The position numbers and the translations under genes are program-made. The notes below the pieces were generated by a model. That model made no database searches and was not told the origin of the DNA. It saw nothing but the letters and a program-made list of their open reading frames with translations. A stretch of DNA of 63,498 bases, counting the filler, from Chiloscyllium plagiosum (taxonomy: Eukaryota): NCBI RefSeq assembly GCF_004010195.1. It is 4 parts of one record of this genome, joined end to end, with 100 filler letters (N's around TTAATTAATTAA, not from the genome) between each part and the next. Parts side by side here need not be neighbours in the genome. Positions count along the whole stretch, not along the records: positions 1 to 17,620 come from NC_057710.1; 3 more parts are not named here. One strand, written 5' to 3'. Positions 1 to 12,969 of the stretch are shown piece after piece (position 1 is the first letter of the stretch; each line of letters starts with the position of its first letter).

Positions 1-236
1 TGTCACCATCTATTTCCCTGCAGTCTATATCTTCTATATCCTTTGCCACAATAAATACTGATGCAAAATATTCATTTAGTACCTCCCCCATTTTCTGTGG
101 CTCCACACAAAGGCCGCCTTGCTGATCTTTGAGGGGCCCTATTCTCTCCCTAGTTACCCTTTTGTCCTTAATATATTTGTAAAAACCCTTTGGATTCTCC
201 TCAATTCTATTTGCCAAAGTTATCTCATGTCCCCGT
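1..236 (-). mobile_element. CR1 LINE ORF2 fragment
   Basis: Reverse strand encodes HEITLANRIEENPKGFYKYIKDKRVTRERIGPLKDQQGGLCVEPQKMGEVLNEYFASVF, the same region seen in the CR1 near 62110-62290. Confidence 0.85.
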
Positions 237-1223
237 CATGATGTATATTTTAGTTTCACCATAGCAATCTAGTATGTAATTTATGTAGGTTTAAGTTCAT
301 CTTTATGATATTAGAATGATTTATCTAAAAATCTTCCATGATCTTCTTAAATTTGCTTTATGTGTACAAATCATTATTTTACAGCTTCAAACTTTAAGTT
401 TTATCCATCAAACATAATTTTAAATGTGAAATGCCTAAATTCAGAGCTCTCCTTAAAATCCCAGTAGTTTTTACAATTCCTCCTGATTTAGTTTCTGCTG
501 TATGCTAATGAGGTTCTTCGGAAAATTTGGCAAAATTCACTGATAGAAATAAAACATAGCTGTAATTTGCTGATGTTGCAGTTTCAGCAAAATCGCTTAT
601 GCAACTAAAGGTTATTTACAGTGCCTCACCGAAAAGGGTGAGGTACTGAAACATATCCACTCTCTCTGCCCCAAAGAATTAGATTTATATTTTTTGTTAA
701 CCAACTAATTCCTTGCTTTTGTCACATAGTAAAGTAATCTGACAAGGAAGCAGTTATCACTTTAATATTGCAATTACTGCAAATATCTTGATGGTTAAGA
801 TAAGTAAACCAACAACAGGTGTTGATTAGTCCTTCAGTTCCATTTTGACAGATATTAATTGTTTAATACTGCCCCTTTCAAATTTGCAGATCAGTCTGGG
901 ACATCGCCCTTATCTGCAAAAACTGTAACAAATCACACATCACTTTTTAAAACTTTAACTTTTAAATTATTCTATATGTTCCCACAGTGGAACAATGAAC
1001 TGCAGTTCTCTAATATGAAATATTTTTCAGCCATATCAATATTTCCTTTAAAATTTCATTGTCGTGTTCACACAAATTTGTCAATACGCACTGCCTTTTT
1101 TTTTGTATATACATAATATTTACATGAAATAAGGTTTTCCGCAGGGCTGCACACTCCTGAAACTTAATGGGAATAATGATCCACAACAGTCAAAAATAAC
1201 TAAAATAGATATCATGAAGGTAC

Positions 1224-1338
1224 CAGTGTTGGACTAGGGTGGACAAAGTCAGAAGTCAAACGTCATCAGGTTATAGTCCCAACAGGTTTATTTGAAATCG
1301 CAAGCTTTTGGAGCGCTGCTCCTTCGCCAGCTGAAGTG
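1224..1338 (-). mobile_element. Short Penelope-derived terminal fragment, family 2 (decayed hammerhead)
   Basis: caggttatagtcccaacaggtttatttg...agcttttggagcgctgctccttc, homologous to 5190-5272 and 25683-25765. Confidence 0.65.
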
Positions 1339-1699
1339 GATATAGGATAGAAACTCGAAGAGGCAAAGAGAAAGGAATGAAGTTGGCCTTTGGATTTAAA
1401 CACAAAATCAAAAATCAAATGACACCTTGATTTGACCCTACTCCATTCTCTTTTCCAACAAACTATACAGAATATTGAGCCTGGTCTGTTTCCATTTCCT
1501 CCTGGTTATAATCTACAGATAAATAGACACCAACACCTATACTTGTTTAAGCATCTTTAATGCAGTGAAATGTTCCAATTGTCAAACAAAATTTGCCATT
1601 GATCCTCAGGAGATACTGGGGTCAAGCAATTCGAAGTTAAGTGGAGGAAGTGGAAGGGGAGACATTAAGCTCATATACACACATGGAAAAACAATCCTG

Positions 1700-3180
1700 T
1701 TCCTTCATTATGTCATTGTGGACCTGCAAGCCTGTTTCTCTCAAATACCCATAAATTTCCCTTTAAAAACAAACTATCGCCACTTCCACTATGCTCATAA
1801 ATAGGTCATTACTACTTGCTGCATTAAAAGAGCTCTTTCTCACATCCACCCTCTTTATATTTTACCCAAAGCATAAGAAGTGTGTCCTGGATCTGCTGCA
1901 TCAGCCAATGGGAACAGTTTTCACAAACGTTTACTCTTTCCCAAACCTTAAGTTATTGTTCCCTAGCCATTGTACATTCAGCCAAAGGGAACAGTTTTCT
2001 TTTGTCTTCCCTAGTTGAATACCTTAGCTAATGCACCTCCATCAGACTTCCCCCAATCTGTCTTGTTCCAAGTAGAACAGCCCCAACTTGTCCACTCCAA
2101 ATTTGCTGCGAAAATCCTTCATCTTTGAAATATTTTCTTAAACCTACTCAGTATCTTCTCAAAGATCCTCCCATTTTCCTCAAGTTTGGTGATTAGAATA
2201 TGATGCAATACTCTAGATGAGGCCTAACTAGGCATTTATAGAAGTTCAGTGTAACCTTATTATTTTTATACTCAATGCATCTATTTATAAAGCCGATGAC
2301 CCCATATGCTTTGCTCAGTACACTCATAATTTGTCCTGCCACAACAATATTTATGCAGATGGATCTCTCATCTTCTGTCCTAGCATCCTGCTTGAACATG
2401 TGCCATTAAGTTTACATTGCCTCTCCTGATCGCTTTTGACAAAGTGTGTTATCTTACACTTCTTTGTATTAAAATTCATCTCCCAGTTGTGCCTAGTTAA
2501 CCGATTAATGTCTTGTTGAGTTGATTGGTGTTGTCTCTCTGTCAGTCGTATCAAGTATAACAGAGGAAAATTTTACATTTTACTTTATTCCAATGTTTGA
2601 GTCATTTTTATATCTCAAAAAATGCTGTGGTGCTTAGTCAAGTTCTTTTTAAAAAGTCCCTGAAGACAATATTCCATAGTATTCCCTTCATCAACCTTCT
2701 CTGTTACTTCATCAAAATAATTCAATTGGATAAGTCAAATACCAACTGCCTTTTAACTCAAACCTGTCCTTAAAATTAACTCAAATCTCTTCAGGTAACT
2801 ATTGTTCTTTGCCTTGATTTTTGGCTCTAAAATTCTAATTACCTATGTTCAACTAATCAGCCTATAGGTGCAACATATATACATACATTCTTTATTGAAT
2901 TAATACTAATCTCTAATCCACTTGCTACTGCTTCATTTTGAAGTAAAATTGGATGTTTATGCTGAACCCTTCTACTATTTTCATTTACAAACTTGAAACT
3001 TGAAATACAAGCCAGCTGGACCAGGTAAGGATAGTCATTCTTTCCAGTACATCCTACTTAACAATTTTTTAACCCATCCATTACATCTACCATTTTCACA
3101 TCTCCCAATGTTTTACTAGCAAAGGTTTCACTCAGTAGTCTAGCCTTGCCCAAGCGCAAGTCACCCATTTTGTCTTTCAG
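1700..3180 (-). mobile_element. Old degenerate CR1 RT and 3' region
   Basis: ORF-track peptides KAYGVIGFINRCIEYK...LVRPHLEYC and WEMNFNTKKCKITHF. Confidence 0.75.
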
Positions 3181-3466
3181 ACAAAAGTGTAGATTTTAAG
3201 AAGCTTCTTAAAAAACACAGAGTTGGAGAGGTATAGAAAACTCATTTCTGAACTTAGGGCATTAACCATTGAAAGCATTGCCACAATTGTCAGAGAATCT
3301 CTCTCTTGATGTCTGGAACTATACAAATGAGTTGAAGAAACTGGAATACAACTATTTCAAAATACATGGGCAAGATAACTGCTGAACAACAGACATTTGG
3401 GAGCTGGGAACATCTCGAGGTCCAGTGTTTTACTTAATTTCAGTCCATGCTCCTTTGGAAATGTTT

Positions 3467-3592
3467 GAGGAGAAAGTGAGGTCTGCAGATGCTGGAGATC
3501 AGAGCTGAAAATGTGTTGCTGGAAAAGCGCAGCAGGTCAGGCAGCATCCAGGGAACAGGAGAATCGACGTTTCGGGCATAAGCCCTTCTTCA
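3467..3592 (-). mobile_element. Short Penelope-derived insert, family 1, with 14-bp TSD
   Basis: Nearly identical to 44356-44486 and 46899-47024. Flanked by tcctttggaaatgt at 3451-3464 and 3595-3608. Confidence 0.85.
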
Positions 3593-3647
3593 TTTCCTTT
3601 GGAAATGTGACAGGAAGCATCATTTTTCTTCCTACAGAATTTCAAAA

Positions 3648-3800
3648 ACTGTATGACATTTAAGTCGTCATTGGACAAGCATATGGACGTACATGGAATA
3701 ATGTAGGTTAGATGGACTTCAGATTGGTATGACAGGTCGGCGCAACATCGAGGGCCGAAGGGCCTGTACTGCGCTGTAATGTTCTATGTTCCATGTTCTA
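3648..3800 (+). mobile_element. Young CR1 3' end with (tgttcta)n tail
   Basis: ...ggcgcaacatcgagggccgaagggcctgtactgcgctgtaatgttctatgttc; related tails at 17721-18027, about 22965-23035 (-), 51028-51130 and about 54170-54630. Confidence 0.8.
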
Positions 3801-5189
3801 CAATACCAAGGACTTGCCTTTCAATATCAGTAGTAAGTTTTGAAACAGTTAAATAACTTGCAGGATCTCAGTGGTAAGTGATGAGCCTCACCCAGTCATT
3901 TTATTTTAAGTATCCCATTAGATTCTGGCATGTGTCCTCAGTGAATGTATCCACAATCTGGTACTACTTTCAAAAGTGTCTGCTTGAGGGCAAAGCAGGG
4001 ACAGCAAGCAGTTGGAGCTCTAGTACACTGTTATCGACAGCTTTCCTATTGACACAACTGCTTGAAAAATTGTGTTTAAGATCTGAGCTATTCCTCTCAC
4101 TAAATAATATTCTTTTTGACTAACATTAACATATTGGTGTTTTGACACCTTCAATAGTCTGACTACCAGAATTCAGCTTATAGAATTGACCATTCTTCTG
4201 ACAGCCACATCAACATTTGCAGATTTTTTAATGCATTTTATATAAGATCGAATTTTCCTTTAGTTTTTACCCTCCTATCTCTCCTGAAGATGTCTGCAAT
4301 TGCTGTACATGTGGTCTCACTAGTGTTCTTGACTGCATCACCCAGTTGCCATTTTTCACTTCAACACAACATAAGCCAGAGACATATTCAATTCTGCAGA
4401 GCATTACAGACCAGCCAGCCACTGTCTTCATTCAAAATCATTATTTAGCAATTTTAACTAGGCCAGGGGAGGAAAGTTAAAATGAATTCAATGCAATAAT
4501 CACACAAATTTCACTTGAGTAATTTTCATAGACCTGATATTTTAAGTACAGGAGATACTGTTGGTCAATGAGACCCCAGCGCAATGTTTATCTACAAGTA
4601 AGCAGTTAGTAGTGCAAACATAGCTTGATTCACCATCTAAATGGGGGATAATGAAGCTAATTTCATCACCATTACCATATTTTGCCTGGAATCAGCTACT
4701 CAGGCAGAACATAGACACAACTTGTGTCCCTCTTGAATTATGTTGCTCTGTTTCACCCTGGGCAATATACATCTTTCAATTGGATTGCCGGGAAACTAAA
4801 ATATTGCAATTTAACATGATAACAGAGAATGTAATTTACATCATATAATACAATTAATTCAAAGGCAAGGAACTTAGCATATGTAGAAATATCTTGGGTA
4901 TTTATAAATAACATGATTAATATTATTGTCAGCATAATTTTAATATCATAAATTACATTTCAGTGTCTGCTTATGTCTTACTATTGTGACTTGTGGTTTA
5001 ATTATAGATAATACTCCTTCAATGTCATTCCTCCAACTGCAGTATTCCAAGCTCAGTAAAAGTAGGGACAAAAATCTCATTCCACAACAGTGAATTGACA
5101 ATATTGTATTTAAAGAATAGATGCAAGCCATTGGACCCAATGGTACTATTGTTTGTGCTTTTCATCCATCTTCTATCAAATCATATCTA

Positions 5190-5272
5190 AGTTAAAAATC
5201 ACACAATTCCAGGTTATGGTCCAACAGGTTTATTTGGAAGTACAAGCTTTTAGAGTGTTGCTCCTTCATCAG
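5190..5272 (-). mobile_element. Short Penelope-derived terminal fragment, family 2
   Basis: aaaaatcacacaattccaggttatggtccaacaggtttatttggaagtacaagcttttagagtgttgctccttcatcag. Confidence 0.7.
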
Positions 5273-5379
5273 AAAGCAGAGAACAGCAACCAAAGTTCAG
5301 TTTTCTATTTTGTAGCCATTTACTATTCATTCAGCTTCTTGAAATGAACACTACATAATTTAACCATAGCCAGGAGTCT

Positions 5380-7460
5380 ATTGTGTAGAATCTAAATGAA
5401 GATCTATTGAGAATCCAAATGGATTACTTTCTACTACCTAGCCTTGCCCTTTCTTTTTGTGACTTCTTCAAAGAATTTAGTTGGCTTAGCATTAACCTTC
5501 CTTTTTGAAATCCATGCTCACTGCTCTATTAGGTTTTGGTTTCTCGATATTTTTCATTATCCTTTCTACCATCAACATTAAACTAATGATCTCTATTTCA
5601 GTGGACTTGTTCTAACTCCTTTCCGTTAGCTGACTGCCAGTCCTTTGGCACCAGTCCCTTTCTGAGTGCTTGTAATAATTTCCAAGTTAAATACTGAGGA
5701 AAAGTAATTATATAATGTTCCAGCTTTTTTGCTGTCATTACTTCTGAATTTATCATGTATGTCAGTCAAAGATCATTTCCCTAACCTGATCCTTTTTTGA
5801 TCATTTATATGGATGGATAAAATTTTACAACATTTTAAAATTTTCATCATTTAGTTTTGTACTTCTGCTTTGTTTTCTGAGATTTTTGTACTGTTTTCCC
5901 TATGTTTTCGTGTCCTCATCTTTCCCTATCTTTTGTTAAAGATGTACTGCATACATTCTTTCTTTACTTTTGATTTTTCTTCTATTTCTTTGGTCAGCCA
6001 TGATGTGTCATCACTGATTAGTTTGTTCTAGCTTTTTGGTGGCAATGCATTTCTGTTGAACTTTATTGATCATCATTTTAAATGTTTCAACCTGCTGTTC
6101 TGTTATTTTGTCAGCATTTTTTTCCCTGCTTTATTTTCAGTCATTTATTCTCAAGCAGAAAATCTGCTTGGCCTGAATTTTACAGACCACCCACAAGCAG
6201 GAAAACATATGGATGAATTTGTAAAAGAGAATGCTGTGCTGTGGCCCACCTGACCTGACATGATTGTAGGTGTGGTGGGGAAAGTGTTTTGTGTGCTGCC
6301 TAAGGGCAAATTAAGGGCAACATCCTGCCACTGTTCTAATTTAATATAGACAACAGTATCAGGGGTAGGCTTTCAGCCCTTCAAGACTTCTGTACCATTC
6401 AATATGATCATTGCTGTTCCAACTCAGTACTGTGTTTCCACTTTCTCCTAATGCCTTTTCATCCCCTTAGCCCTAAGAACTATATCTATTTTCTTTCTTA
6501 AAAATATTCAGTGTTTTTGCCTCAATCACTGTCTGTAGTACAGAATTCCACAAGCTCACCACTCTCTGGTGACAAAATCTTTCTTCATTTCAGTCCTGAA
6601 TGGCCTACCCAATATCCTTGAATAGAACCCTGGTTCTGGACTCCCTGGTCACCAGGACCATCCTTCTTCCCTTTACCTTGTTTAGTCCTGTTAGAATTTT
6701 ATCAGTTTCTATGCGATCAACTCCTCATTGTTCGAACTGACCCAGTCTCTCTTCGTATCATTCTTCCATGTCAGAAATTAGCAGGAGAGGCGGGTTTCAC
6801 TAAGCAGGCTACCAGTCAGTGAAGAGGGAGGTTGCACCTTCCTTAATCCTTGTGCCAATATGTACATCCCCCCATCACCACAGTTTTGCTCTCCACATTC
6901 TCCTCTCTGCCTTCTCTGTCCAACGTGACCCATCTCAACATATCCTGTCTGACCTGCCAATCTGTTTGAGGTGAGATCCCATACTTACATATTCTTTGAG
7001 TCATCATGGTTCCTCTTCCTCCCAGGCTATGTGCAACTGCACAGGTCACTGATCCTGCTGTGGTGCAGAATTAATGTCCTCCAACTGACATCCTCCTGAA
7101 AATAGACGGATGTTTCTCCTCATGATAATGAAGGACTACTGCCCATAAAGTTGAAGTGAGGAGAGCTGGCCAAGCAGAGGAAGGCTTGCCGCTGAAATTC
7201 ATGCTGTTATTGGGGGAGCCAACATACAAAGTATAATCCAAATCCTTTTCTCCAATTTGTTACTTGATGTTTAAGAAGGAACTTAAGTAACACAGTCCTA
7301 AAGTTAAACATCCTTGCACTATGATCACTATTACCTAGATACTCTGCTATAATTACTTCTCTTACTTGATCTGTTTCATCTGAACATATAAACAAGGAGC
7401 AAGAGTAACCCACTCAGACCTTCGAGCCTGCTTTGTCATGCAATAAGATGGTCATGCTGA
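5380..7460 (-). mobile_element. Cluster of old CR1 fragments (about 5380-6130, 6350-6770 3' end, 7230-7460)
   Basis: CR1 3'-end motif (ggctttcagcccttcaagacttctgtaccattcaatatgatc) and endonuclease remnant EYLGNSDH. Confidence 0.6.
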
Positions 7461-8199
7461 TCACTTCTTTTCCCTAGGGATATGAGTACTCCCTCTTTTG
7501 TTGGACTTTTTACTTACTAATTAAGCAAAGAATTCCAAATACATTGCAGAAATTCCATTCCCACTACCCTTGTCTTGTGACTTTTTTTAAAACCGGTTTG
7601 TTCAGTGATAACAAAAATTTCCTTTGATAACAACTGTATACACTTTGCTCAATTGGAATATTTTGGTTACAAATTTCGTCTTCCACCTTCTTTATTAAAT
7701 ACCACTATTAAATGGCCATTAGTGGAGCCCTAGAATGTAATCAATCCCTTGACTTTTATTTCAATCTATATGGACTCTATTTTGAATCTGCTGTTAGTTA
7801 GGTGCAATGTTTTTCAACTGTCAACTATCCACCTCCCCCTTTCTTGCCTAACTTTTCTGTTCATGGTACAATCCATCATATTTTGTTGCCACTTCTGTTT
7901 TATGCAGTCATGTTTCAGTTATTACATCTACATTCCGATATTGCAACTGGTTCCTCATGGCGGATTTATTGCCTTAAAGTATTTTCACCAAATTCCACCC
8001 CAGCTGCAAATATTTGGGGTTTAAACTTAGCTAAATGATATTGATAATGGAAGGGGTTTTCAATATCTGACCTACTGCTGAATCAGGCAATTGAATTCAA
8101 TTTAAATTGTCATTTTAAAGGGAGAAGTATATGGTGTATTCATGCCGATATTTTTTGTTCACAGATTTATTGGGGTGGAGATGCTATGGAAGGGTGTAA

Positions 8200-9045
8200 T
8201 TCTTTTCATAGAATCTCCACAGGTCATTCAGCCCATTGGGTCTACACCAACCTTCCAAAGAGCATCCCACCAAACCAATCCCTTCTACCCTATCTCTATA
8301 ACCCTGCATTTCCCATGGCTAAGCCACCTGGTCTGCACACCTCTGGACTCGATGGGCAATTTAGCACAGCCAATCCACCTAACCTGCACATCTTTGGACT
8401 GTGGGAAGAAACTGGATCATCTGGAAGAAACCCACACAAACACAGGGAGAATGTAAGAGAAAGTGAGGACTGCGATGCTGGAGATCAGAGTCGAAAGTGT
8501 GGTGCTGGAAAAGCACAGCGGGTCATGCAGCATCCAAGGAACAGGAGAATCAATGTTTCAGGCATAAGGCATTCATCAGATGAAGGGCTTATGCCCAAAA
8601 CGTTGATTCTCCCACTCCTCGGCTGTTGCCTGACTGCTTGTTTTTCCAGCATCACACCTCATGACTCTCATCTCCAGTCCTCACTTTCTCCTAATTGAGG
8701 TCTACCTTGAAGAAGTTTTCCTCCTCTTTCTACAAGGATCTCAGTGAGTCTCTCTCTCCCTCTCTCACTGCACCCTCTAGGTGATCTCCAATCCTGATGA
8801 AGGGCCTATGTCTGAAATGTCGATTCTCCTACTCCTCGGATGCTGCCTCACCTGCTGTGTTTTTCCAGCCCCACACTCTCAACAGGGAGAATGTGAAAAC
8901 TCCACATAGATAGTTGCTGAGGCTAGAATAGAACCCAGGTCTGGAATCAAACCTGGGTCTGGAATCCAACCAACATCCAGAATTAAACCCAGATTTCGCG
9001 CACTGTGAGGTAGTGATGCTAACCACTGAGCAACCGTGCCATACC
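8200..9045 (-). mobile_element. HE1-type tRNA-derived SINE, interrupted by a Penelope-derived insert
   Basis: 5' end ggcacggttgctcagtggttagcatc (A box) near 9040; central cacatctttggactgtgggaagaaac domain; CR1-like tail near 8200-8260. Confidence 0.85.
8455..8881. mobile_element. Rearranged Penelope terminal insert (inverted plus tandem units) with 13-bp TSD
   Basis: Three family-1 units, one inverted relative to the other two. Flanked by acagggagaatgt at 8442-8454 and 8882-8894. Confidence 0.8.
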
Positions 9046-9429
9046 AAAGAATTCCTCGAGTATGCAGACAAATGGCTATCTCTAATCATATTCTGCTACT
9101 GTCTCTGCCAGTAGTTCAACTCCCAACAGTACTTGCGTCAATCACTCCTCGTCACCAATTAGGTTTATAATGTAAATAGAATAGCCAATGGAATTAACAA
9201 AGAAATTCCTGTCATAAGTGGAACAAAAGCTATTCAGTATTCCTGTTTGATCTCCTGTTCAAAAATTAAAATGAATTATTAATTTCAAAAATCAATACAT
9301 ATTTCACATCACAACTAGCCCTGTTAAATAAATAATTTGAGTCTGTCCGTCACCTGCAGAAGATACAAGGCTGAACTGTTTCCTCGTTTCTTCAGCTAAC
9401 AATACCAAGTTGACAATTCCACATGACTT

Positions 9430-9635
9430 TCACTGATGCTCTGATTATCAAAAAAAACAAGTATCCTGCCAATTTAGCTCAATCTGTATGACATTAAGAA
9501 GCATCTGAGTACACTGGACGCTGTCAGAGCTATGATAAAATTTCAACTGCATTACTGAAAACCTGCAGAGCAGAACTAGTCAATCCCTGGGCCAAGTTAT
9601 TTCAGTGCAGTTATAACTAGTACATAGACCCATAA
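9430..9635 (+). mobile_element. RTE-X-like LINE ORF2 fragment
   Basis: IKKHLSTLDAVRAM...LKTCRAELVNPWAKLFQCSYN resembles the pre-RT LKTCAPELAAPLAKLFQYSYN motif. Confidence 0.55.
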
Positions 9636-11129
9636 TTTCCCAACCAGCTGTTCCTGCAACTGTCATTCCACAATAGAAATAAATGATAGGGAATCGGTCT
9701 TGTCATATCACTATCTCTGTGCCATCTTTATTGCAAAATGCATGCATCATATTGAAGGACAATAGCATACGGTCTGATGACAATTTTGGGAGAAGAATTA
9801 AAACACAACCAGCACAAAGCAAATAATAAAGCATAAACATAATATGTTGGAAGCAAAGGAATATCAATCAGTAAAGGGGCTTTGCTACTCACTCTGAAAA
9901 TACTTCTGATTTGAAGGAAATGCTACTCTCATAAGCACTTTTAACCTCATGCCAAGCAAATTGCATCCCTTATCAGTGTATGCAATAATGTTAACTTGAG
10001 CCTTACGCAATTCTAATAGGAGGAAATGAAAGCAAAACAGTTGGGCTGACTACAGCTTCCCAGTAAGTAATTGAACTGAGAATCATAGATTTTCCAGCTT
10101 CTACGGATAGACTGACAGTCCAGCTCCTCAGTTATAAGATAGAGGGAGTAATTAGTCTGTAGGAGGGAAGGCAGTGTGTAATTCCAGAGTTTGTTCTGTT
10201 TCTGAGTAAGCTTGGTGTTTTGAATGGGTGCACAGGAAGCAGCAAATCGAATGACTTCCCAAGCAAATCCACCAAAGGGAAATCAGCCGATCAGTCAGCC
10301 GTGGCAATAAGACTGCGCACTCAATTATGACTCCTGCTTACAAATTGCACTCTCCAACTGTGACCCATACTCAGATGCCAACAACTCTTGCTTCACTATA
10401 GAGACAGAGCTGGAAGGAGCTGGACAAAATGGGTCTGAATGGAACAGATTTCAAACCATTTTCAAGCATATCATCCACCTGGTAAGGGAGCAGTGTTGAG
10501 CCCACAATTGATTGGTGACTTTATATTGGGAGTTGAATCTGGTGTTGCATCTGTGACTCAGTCTTTGCTTGTCTTGAAATCTATCAATCAAGATGGAATA
10601 ATCAAGTTGGGCACATTTTCAGCAGCAGCTTATTAGTTAGCGAGAAAATACTGTTGTAGTAAGGTCATATAATTACTATTGGGCATTGAGGTTGCTGGAA
10701 AATATCACTAATATTTAAAAGGTTACATGATCATTAGGTGTCAATTAGATTTTTTGACAAAAAGATCATGTGATTCTAATGTTTAGTGAGATTGCTTAAA
10801 AAGGATATACACTAGATTTTATTGCATGGATTATAAATTTTGAATTAATTAATTCAAAAAGGGCATTAATTCTAAAACTTCACCCTTTAGTCAAAATTAG
10901 ATTTCATGAGGGTTAATCAGAAGCAGATTGGCATGTATTATGATCGTTAATTACAGAAAAACATTTCCCTTATTAAGATAACAAAAACTGAAACACTTTT
11001 GCACTAAGTACAAGACATTCCTGAATAGTGGAACAACTGAAAATGTTGATCCAAGAATACTTTTACTACAACTGTAGCAGAGAGCTTTTGTCTTTTAGAA
11101 ACAAAGTATTTGTATTTTTAATGTCATCA

Positions 11130-12165
11130 AGTCATAATGTTTTTACAGCATGGAAGTAGGCCATTCAGCCCATTGTCTCTGTGCTGTTCATCTATTCTAT
11201 GATGTTTCAAATATTCAGATAAATATTTCTTCAGAGTCTTGAGAGTTTCTGCCCGTACCATTCTATTAAGCAGTGAGTTCCCGATACCCATAGCCATCTG
11301 GGTGAAAAAAAAATGTTTCCCTCAAATCTCCTCTAAGCCTCTGGCTCCTTAGGTGACTTTGCAGAGAATGTAAAGGATACCATAAAATTACAAAAGATTA
11401 TTGATAGACTAAGTGGATGGACAAAACCTAGGCAGATGGAATTCAATGTGAGTAACTGTGAGGTTGTCCATGTTGGACTGAAGAACAATTGATCAGTTTA
11501 TTTTCCAGGTGGTATGCAGTTAAATCCAGCGGATGCCTAAAGAGATCTTTAAAATTTCATGAACAGGTCCAGAAAATAATCAAGAAAGCTCATGGAGTGC
11601 TGGCATTTATATTTAGAGGACTGGAGTACAAGAACGCAGAAGGATATATTGGCCTTGGAGGGAGTACAACGTAGGTTTACAAGAATGATACCTAGACCAA
11701 GGGTTAAATAATAAATTATACAAATTAGGCCTGTTTGCTTTAGAATTTAGAAGGTTAAGGGATAATCTGATCAAAGTCTTCAAAATATTAACAGGAAAAC
11801 GCAGGGTAGATAAACTATTTCCAATGGTTGGCGATTCTTGAACTAGGGGACATGATCTGAGAATTAGGCCCAGACCATTCAGGAGAGATGTTAGGAAGCA
11901 CTTTTGCACACAAAGGCTCTTAGATGTTTGGAACACTCTTCCACAATTGGCAGTGGATGCAGGATCAGTTGTTAATTTTAAACCTGAGATAGATAATTTT
12001 TTGTTAAACAAACGTATTAAGGAATATGAGTCAAAGGCAGCTATGTGGGGTCAGCCCTGATCTTTTTGAATGATGGTGCAGGCTTGGGAGGCTGAATGGG
12101 CTATTCCTGTCCCTATGTTGCTAAACTTAAAACTATGCCCCAATTTCTGACCCCTCTCCAAAGGA
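11130..12165. mobile_element. CR1 3' region (+, about 11352-12120) nested in an older CR1 3' end (-)
   Basis: KKAHGVLAFIFRGLEYKN plus a CR1 3' UTR. The minus-strand element breaks near 11350 and resumes near 12122. Confidence 0.75.
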
Positions 12166-12969
12166 ATTGTGTAAACTTAGCTTTTGTTGTTTTAATGCCA
12201 TGACTATGTAAAGGAGTCACAGCAGATTTTCAGAGCAAGAATAGCAGTGTTTCTTTGTTTCCACCTTTGGACCCATTCTTCTTGGGATGCACTAATCATG
12301 CTGATAGTATCTTAAAATATTGATGCATTTTGGACTGCATATTTCTTCTGTGATAACTGTTAAGAAAATACAAATGCTTCTTACTGAAGAAAGTATATGC
12401 CAGAAGAAGATAATAGTGGATCAAAATAATGTCCATTTGATATTTGCACTGGAAGTGATAATAGATTTTTCCACCTGATGGTGGCATAACCAGAAAACTA
12501 TCAAAGCTATTTGTTATAAATAAAGGACTTACTCTCAGATCAATAATGAATAAATAAACAAATGTGTTGTTATGACCCACACCTTCTTGTCCTGTACCGC
12601 ATACTCCCTTGGGTATTGACAATTAAACTACTACATATTCCATGTAACATTATTAACACTGTGGCTTATGAATACAGCACCATGATATAATGTTGTGCTC
12701 TTTATTCCCTGCATAATATTGATTAGAATATCTGTATTAACCTTAATAAAATGTTATGGATTAAAGAGAATATATTCTGCTAAATGACCCTGTGCACTCT
12801 TCTTTTTTACAGTTACATGTTACATTGTGTATTGCAGAAAAATCTCTATTTTTGTGAGTCCTCAGGTTTCACAGAACATCTGTAATTACAAAAATTAACC
12901 CACAAATCTTTATGTATATTCAAAAGGCTGTTGCTGGAACCTGATTATTATCTGACTCTTTGCTTTGAA

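Noticed and set aside
859..1804. ORFs as upstream TPGS2 exons
   Set aside because: No match to the expected KPHFD...FELDSC...GKVCLVY segment; those exons are probably outside the window or in gaps.
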